Positions 59,362-64,000 of a stretch of DNA of 64,000 bases are shown here, piece by piece; the stretch's first letter is position 1; the number at the start of each line of letters is the position of its first letter. The notes below the pieces were generated by a model, which was not told the origin of the DNA, made no database searches, and saw only the letters and a list, made by a program, of their open reading frames with translations. This DNA comes from an uncultured Acidimicrobiaceae bacterium (GTDB lineage Bacteria; Actinomycetota; Acidimicrobiia; Acidimicrobiales; RAAP-2): NCBI GenBank assembly GCA_963835815.1, contig CAWIGU010000005.1:195827-259826 (forward strand). Direction: 5' to 3'. The translations under genes and the position numbers were made by a program.

Positions 59362-60717
59362 TCAGCGCTGACCGGTGACCCTGCGGACGCGATGCGTGGC
59401 CATGCGATGAAAGACGACACGGTGCACAGGACCGAGGAGCTTCCAGTAGGCGAACCCCGGGATGCCCCGGGGGCGGAACGCCGCCACCTGACGAAGGACA
59501 TCCCCGCGGACGTGGTACCCGAGCCAGGCGTCGCCGGGAAACCACCCGTCGCTTCGGAGAACGAGTGCGCCCGGCTCCGCCCGAGCCACGCGCCACCAGT
59601 CGACTGCCGTGCCGGTCACAAGTCGGTCGGGCCGCCGGGTGCGGAGGTTCTCACCCACGAGGCGTCCGAGGGCGAGCCGAACGGCCCAACCCCATGTCGC
59701 GCCATACCACCCGATCTGCCCGCCGATCGTCGCCAGGTCTCGGGCAGCCGCGTCACTGCGCCCGGACGGGATGTCCATATCGACCACGACGGTGTACACA
59801 CCGTCGACCAGGCCTGCGTCACGAGAGAGCAGGGAGCGGGTTACTGCGACGTCCTGGTCATCGAGAGCGGCGGCCAGTGCCCGCGCGACCCCCATCGGCT
59901 CCACCGAGAATGCAGCGCGCGTTGGTGCCGGGTCGACCACCACCACCTCGGTCATGAGGCTCTCTATCAACGCATGGCTGACTGCTCGATCGACCGGCGT
60001 GACGAAATCGACCCAGTACGACGACAGGTGCGGGGTGAGCCACGGAATGTCGATGATACGGCGGGGACGGAGGCCCCGAACCCGTGCGTACTCGGAGATC
60101 ATGTCGCGGTACGTCGTGGTGTCGGCACCGCCGATCTCGTACACGCCGGGGGCGACCGACAACGACTGCTCGAGGTAGTCCAACAGATCCGCCAGTCCGA
60201 TCGGCTGAATCCGCGTTCGCACCCACCTGGGGCACACCATTGCGGGAAGCCGTTCGGTCAAGTTACGCAGCATCTCGAATGAGATGCTGCCCGACCCGAA
60301 GACAACCGCCGCGCGTAGTTCCACCAGGGTGACCCCTGCCTCGGCGAGCGCCGTCCCGACCTCGTGCCTGCTCGCGAGGTGGGCGGAGCTCGGCGCACTG
60401 CCGAGCGCTCCGAGATAGACGATGCGGTCCACACCGGCCTGCCTCGCGGCACGGCCGAACGCCATGGCGAGCCGGAGGTCCAGTTCACGGAAACCGACCC
60501 CTGCGGCCATGGAATGGACCAGGTAATACGCAACGTCGATGTCGGACAAGGCAGCGACGGTCGCCGACTCATCAGCCACGTCGACCGCGACAGTCGTGGC
60601 GAACGCAGAGGTGGATGTTGACCGGGAGAGAGCGACGACGTCGTGTCCGGCCCCGTGGAGCCGCTCGCTCAGGGCTTGCCCAACGAAGCCCGACGCCCCG
60701 GCAATGGCGACACGCAT
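59362..60717 (-). CDS. NAD(P)H-binding (atypical SDR/NmrA-like) domain fused to DUF2867
   Basis: ATG 60717 (MRVAIAGASGFVGQAL...). The C-terminal half ends WWRVARAEPGALVLRSD... Confidence 0.7.
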   Translation of the reverse strand: MRVAIAGASGFVGQALSERLHGAGHDVVALSRSTSTSAFATTVAVDVADESATVAALSDIDVAYYLVHSMAAGVGFRELDLRLAMAFGRAARQAGVDRIVYLGALGSAPSSAHLASRHEVGTALAEAGVTLVELRAAVVFGSGSISFEMLRNLTERLPAMVCPRWVRTRIQPIGLADLLDYLEQSLSVAPGVYEIGGADTTTYRDMISEYARVRGLRPRRIIDIPWLTPHLSSYWVDFVTPVDRAVSHALIESLMTEVVVVDPAPTRAAFSVEPMGVARALAAALDDQDVAVTRSLLSRDAGLVDGVYTVVVDMDIPSGRSDAAARDLATIGGQIGWYGATWGWAVRLALGRLVGENLRTRRPDRLVTGTAVDWWRVARAEPGALVLRSDGWFPGDAWLGYHVRGDVLRQVAAFRPRGIPGFAYWKLLGPVHRVVFHRMATHRVRRVTGQR

Positions 60718-60782
60718 CCTCCGCCTCTCCGCTAGAAGAGCTTCAGTATGGCACCACTCTTCGAAATGACCGGACCGCCTCG

Positions 60783-62488
60783 TCAGCTCCGAATGACGTG
60801 GCCGGGCACGGCTCCCGTCGGGACACCGCGATCGAGGAGCAACTCGCCGTTGACGATCACCGCACGGTACCCCTCGGCGTCGACGACGAATCGACCCGAC
60901 GCCGCCGGCATATCTTCCACCCAGTGGGTCGGCCCGACCTTCAGCCGCTCGAGATCCACCACGACGAGGTCGGCCCACGCCCCCACACGCACGACGCCAC
61001 GGTCATGGAACCCGTGCACCGCAGCAGGTATCGAGGTGATCCGTCGCACGGCCTCCTCGAGCGAGAATGGATCCGGGACCCACTCCGTCAGGAGACGCGT
61101 GGTGTAGTCGGCCCCGACGAATGACGCCAGGTGCGCTCCACCGTCACTGCTCCCCGCCATGGCGAGCGGGTTGCGCACCAGCGCCTCGGTGACCATCCGA
61201 CCCCCACGCTCGGACAGAGGGGTCACGAAGAACGTCGTCTTCAGATTGTCTTCGAGGCACAAGTCCAAGAACGTGTCCAACGGATCCCCACCGCGCTCGC
61301 GCACCAGCTCAGCGACAGAGCGTCCCACCCAGGGTGCGAGTGCCGGATCATCGACGGCATAGACGGTGGTGATGTCAAAATTGAGGGGGAACGAGGGCAT
61401 CGGTGGTCCCGCAAGCTCCTCTCGCATGCGTTTGCGAATCAACGGGTCGCGCAATGCCGTGCTGCGCTCCGGCTCGGGAAGGATCAGCGGTTCCCTGAAG
61501 GCGGGCATGTCGTCGAACAGGAAGGTCGTGTCGAGCGAGAAGTACGCGCCGCCTAGTTGTGTCCCGTACATCGGGTAGAGACGGAAACCCTGCGCCGCCT
61601 GCTCCTCGATGAACTCCATGGAGCGGACCCAGCCGTCGGGCATGTTCGGGAACCAGACCACCGGGTTGAGATCGATCGGCTTTCCCGACACCTCGGACAT
61701 CCGGTGCAGCAGGACACGGTCCCGATCGTCGTACCCTTCAGAAAACGAGCGCGGAATGATCTCGATCGCACCTCGGTCGAACTCGGCCAGAACCGAGCAG
61801 AGGGCGATGACCTCCTCGTCGGTTGCCAGGTTCGAAGGGACGGGGTGCCCGTCGTGGGCCTGGTGGATCTCGAGCTGGGACGTGCTGAAGCCGTGTGCAC
61901 CAGCCCGCATCGCCTCGCGCAGCACCTGTTGCATGGCGGTGATCTCCTCGGGCGTGGCCGCGCGTGTCGAGGCTTCATCTCCCATGACATAGCGACGCAC
62001 AGCCGAGTGGCCGACATACGCTGCCGCGTTGACACCGATGCGGCCCTCGAGCCCGTCAAGGAAGTCGCCGAATGTGCCCCCCGAAATGGCACACCTTCCC
62101 GGAGTGCGGGCGCGGACATCCCTTCGACGCGCGACAGCATCTCGAGGAGCCACGCCGCATCACCCTCTCGCGCCGGTGCGATCGTAAATCCGCAATTGCC
62201 CGTCACCACCGTCGTCACACCATGCCACGATGCCGGCGAGGCCGTCGGTTCGAAATGAAGCTGTGCGTCGTAGTGGGTGTGGATGTCGACGAACCCGGGC
62301 ATGACGGTGTGCCCTTCGACGTCAAGCACCCGCCCTGCGGCAGCGAGCTCAGTGGCCGATACCCGTCCCACCCACGCGATTCGTCCGTCGCGCACCCCCA
62401 CATCGGCCAGGTAGGCGGGTACACCGGTGCCGTCGACCACACGGCCACCGCGCACCACCAGGTCAAAGCTCGAAGCAGTCATGTCCAC
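60783..62488 (-). pseudogene. N-acyl-D-amino-acid deacylase (D-aminoacylase) family amidohydrolase; frame break in a C6/G6 run at 62077-62082
   Basis: N-terminus in ORF 61553..62488 (DLVVRGGRVVDGTG, PGFVDIHTHYD). The remainder is in ORF 60783..62153 (GGTFGDFLDGLEG...SDGGAHL...). The span is 3n+2 nt. Confidence 0.8.
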
Positions 62489-62585
62489 AGATTAGGCACA
62501 ACGAGGCCATCGGTTCTCTGTGACACACGGCAAATCCGGCGCCGCTGGTTTGACGTCGCCCGACTGGATCGACATGCTGCCTGCC

Positions 62586-63074
62586 ATGGAGGTGATCGTT
62601 CTCGCAGACACCCACCTCACCGGAGGATTCGACACAATTGGCGATCAGGTGCTGGCGGCGGTGGCAGAAGCCGACGTTGTCGTCCATGGCGGGGACATCA
62701 CCTCAGGGCAGGCGTTGGCAGAACTGCAGACCATGGCGGACACCTATGCCGTGCACGGCAACAACGATCACGACCTGATGGCGGTACTCCCGGAGAGCCA
62801 ACGCTTCGAGCTCGAGGGGATGCGCGTCGCCCTCATCCACGACAGCGGGCCCAGAAACGGTCGGCCTGCACGCCTGCATCGTCGGTTCCCCGACGCGGAG
62901 CTCATCATCTTCGGACATAGCCATGTGCCGATCGATGAGGTCGGACTGCAGGGTCAGGTTCTCTTCAATCCGGGCTCGGCCACGCAACGACGCTCGCAAC
63001 CGCACCGGACGTTCGGACGCCTGCGCATCGCGAACGGCCGGATCGAGCATCGCCACATCGAGATCGTGCTCTGA
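62586..63074 (+). CDS. YfcE/MJ0936-type metallophosphoesterase
   Basis: MEVIVLADTHL, HGGDI, GNND, GHSH motifs. The start could also be 62520 or 62574. Confidence 0.75.
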   Translation: MEVIVLADTHLTGGFDTIGDQVLAAVAEADVVVHGGDITSGQALAELQTMADTYAVHGNNDHDLMAVLPESQRFELEGMRVALIHDSGPRNGRPARLHRRFPDAELIIFGHSHVPIDEVGLQGQVLFNPGSATQRRSQPHRTFGRLRIANGRIEHRHIEIVL

Positions 63075-63098
63075 GGTACCGAAAGCGGAGTTACGTCG

Positions 63099-64000
63099 TC
63101 ACGCACCGAGCTCGGCGAGGTCGAAACCGAACACCTCCGCCGCATTGCCGTTGACGATTGCGTTCACGTCCTCGTCGCTGACGCCTTCGAATTGCTCTTC
63201 GCAGGCCGATCGGGATTCCGGCCAGGTGCCCTCCGGGTGCGGGTAGTCATTGCCCCACATGAGCGTGCTGATCCCGGTGACCCGACGATTGTTGACCGCG
63301 ACAGGGTCGAACATGAAGGTGGCGTGAGCTTGACGTTGGATGAGCTCACTCGGCTTCAGCGACAGCTTTGGTTGGGCGTACATCGCATGATCCTCGTAGA
63401 TCCGATCGGCCTGCGTCATGATCCAACCCAGCCACGACGCACCGGTCTCCACGGTGACGACCCGGAGCTTGGGAAAGCGGTCCATTGCCCCGCCCGCAGC
63501 AAGGCTCAACAGCACCATCGGCCCATCGAGTTGCGCACCCAGTATGTAATTGATGACAGCTCCACCCGGACCGCGCACCACCCGCGGTTCATAGCCCGTG
63601 CCGGAGTGGAACGTGACGGGAAGACCCGTCTCGGAGATGGCGGCCCACAGCGGGTCGTAGGCGGCGTCGTTGTAGGGGCGCGAGGGAACCCGTGCCGGCA
63701 GAAAGAGGGCCCGGAAGCCCGCCTCTGCGACGAGCTTCACCTCGCGGATCGCGTCATCGATATCGACAGCCGGGACAAGTCCCACGGGAAGGATACGGTG
63801 ATGGCCCCCCAGGGCATCCTTCGCCCAACCGTTGTAGGCCCGGCAGAGGGCAAGCTGCAGCGCAGGATCATCCGAGGCGAAGCACGCCTGGAGGGCGAAG
63901 GTGGGGAACACCACCTCGGCACTGACCCCATCGCGCTCCTGATCTTTCACCCGCTTCTCGACGTCCCAATCACCGACCACGGCGACTTCGAGCTCACTGG
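63099..64000 (-). CDS. amidohydrolase-2 family (ACMSD-like) protein, C-terminal part; the N-terminus lies beyond the window end
   Basis: ORF 63099..63980 (..FHSGTG.., WGNDYPHPEG). The frame stays open upstream to base 64000 (..SELEVAVVGDWDVEKR). Confidence 0.75.
   Translation of the reverse strand, partial: SELEVAVVGDWDVEKRVKDQERDGVSAEVVFPTFALQACFASDDPALQLALCRAYNGWAKDALGGHHRILPVGLVPAVDIDDAIREVKLVAEAGFRALFLPARVPSRPYNDAAYDPLWAAISETGLPVTFHSGTGYEPRVVRGPGGAVINYILGAQLDGPMVLLSLAAGGAMDRFPKLRVVTVETGASWLGWIMTQADRIYEDHAMYAQPKLSLKPSELIQRQAHATFMFDPVAVNNRRVTGISTLMWGNDYPHPEGTWPESRSACEEQFEGVSDEDVNAIVNGNAAEVFGFDLAELGA

Noticed and set aside
554-62488. Programmed ribosomal frameshifting or recoding as the explanation for the frame breaks.
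   Set aside because: The breaks affect about 15 unrelated housekeeping or metabolic genes and go in both directions. I saw no shared slippery heptamer or downstream structure. Several lie inside conserved catalytic domains where orthologues are contiguous.
1-64000. Mobile elements, a prophage, defence systems (CRISPR-Cas, restriction-modification, toxin-antitoxin, retron, Abi-like), or rRNA/tRNA genes.
   Set aside because: I found no transposase, integrase, recombinase, Cas, methylase/endonuclease or small paired toxin-antitoxin ORFs, no direct-repeat arrays, and no flanking tRNA. All credible ORFs have metabolic, transport or regulatory signatures. Detection by eye is limited, so short or novel elements cannot be excluded.

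Overview
This is a GC-rich chromosomal segment of actinobacterial type (roughly two-thirds G+C by eye, not computed; many GTG starts and ATGA/GTGA stop-start overlaps). I count about 57 protein-coding genes. I recognised no rRNA, tRNA, CRISPR array, transposase, integrase or phage gene. The content is metabolic and housekeeping.

Gene content, left to right:
- 2059-19278: a 17-kb run of minus-strand genes. It holds a Liv-type ABC importer whose LivF ATPase is fused to an MFS domain, and a sugar or hydroxy-acid cluster (GH4 glycosidase, HIBADH-family dehydrogenase, class I aldolase, FGGY kinase, LarA-family protein). It also holds an APC permease, an SDR, a GNAT, and a STAS / anti-sigma kinase / SigB-SigF-type sigma module.
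- 19523-23183: a ~1220-aa TM-GAF-GAF-GAF-PP2C-HATPase protein, transcribed divergently from the sigma module.
- 23188-26525: a DrrABC-like ABC-2 exporter operon that ends in an orphan ParA-like ATPase.
- 28301-31208: DipZ (CcdA-thioredoxin fusion), then an Rpf-like transglycosylase behind a 620-nt leader.
- 32443-35936: a KdpD that is split into two divergently transcribed genes, plus KdpE, with no kdpFABC anywhere in the window.
- 36093-64000: agmatinase, CN-hydrolase, amidohydrolase, zwf, a CopA-type P-type ATPase, a TetR/MFS pair, a crotonase, a FUSC exporter, a BVMO, a Rieske oxygenase, DHFR, a D-aminoacylase and others.

Main caveat: at least ~20 single-nucleotide frame breaks interrupt about 15 otherwise well-conserved genes. 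They are clumped, and none is accompanied by a nonsense codon. I cannot tell from the sequence alone whether these are consensus indel errors or genuine gene decay.

I found no self-evident new system. The candidates I rate highest are the LarA-containing catabolic cluster, the MFS-LivF fusion, the split and orphan KdpD, the phosphatase-kinase fusion with back-to-back SigF-like promoters, the ParA-like gene in the exporter operon, and a possible c-di-AMP-type leader upstream of the Rpf-like gene.
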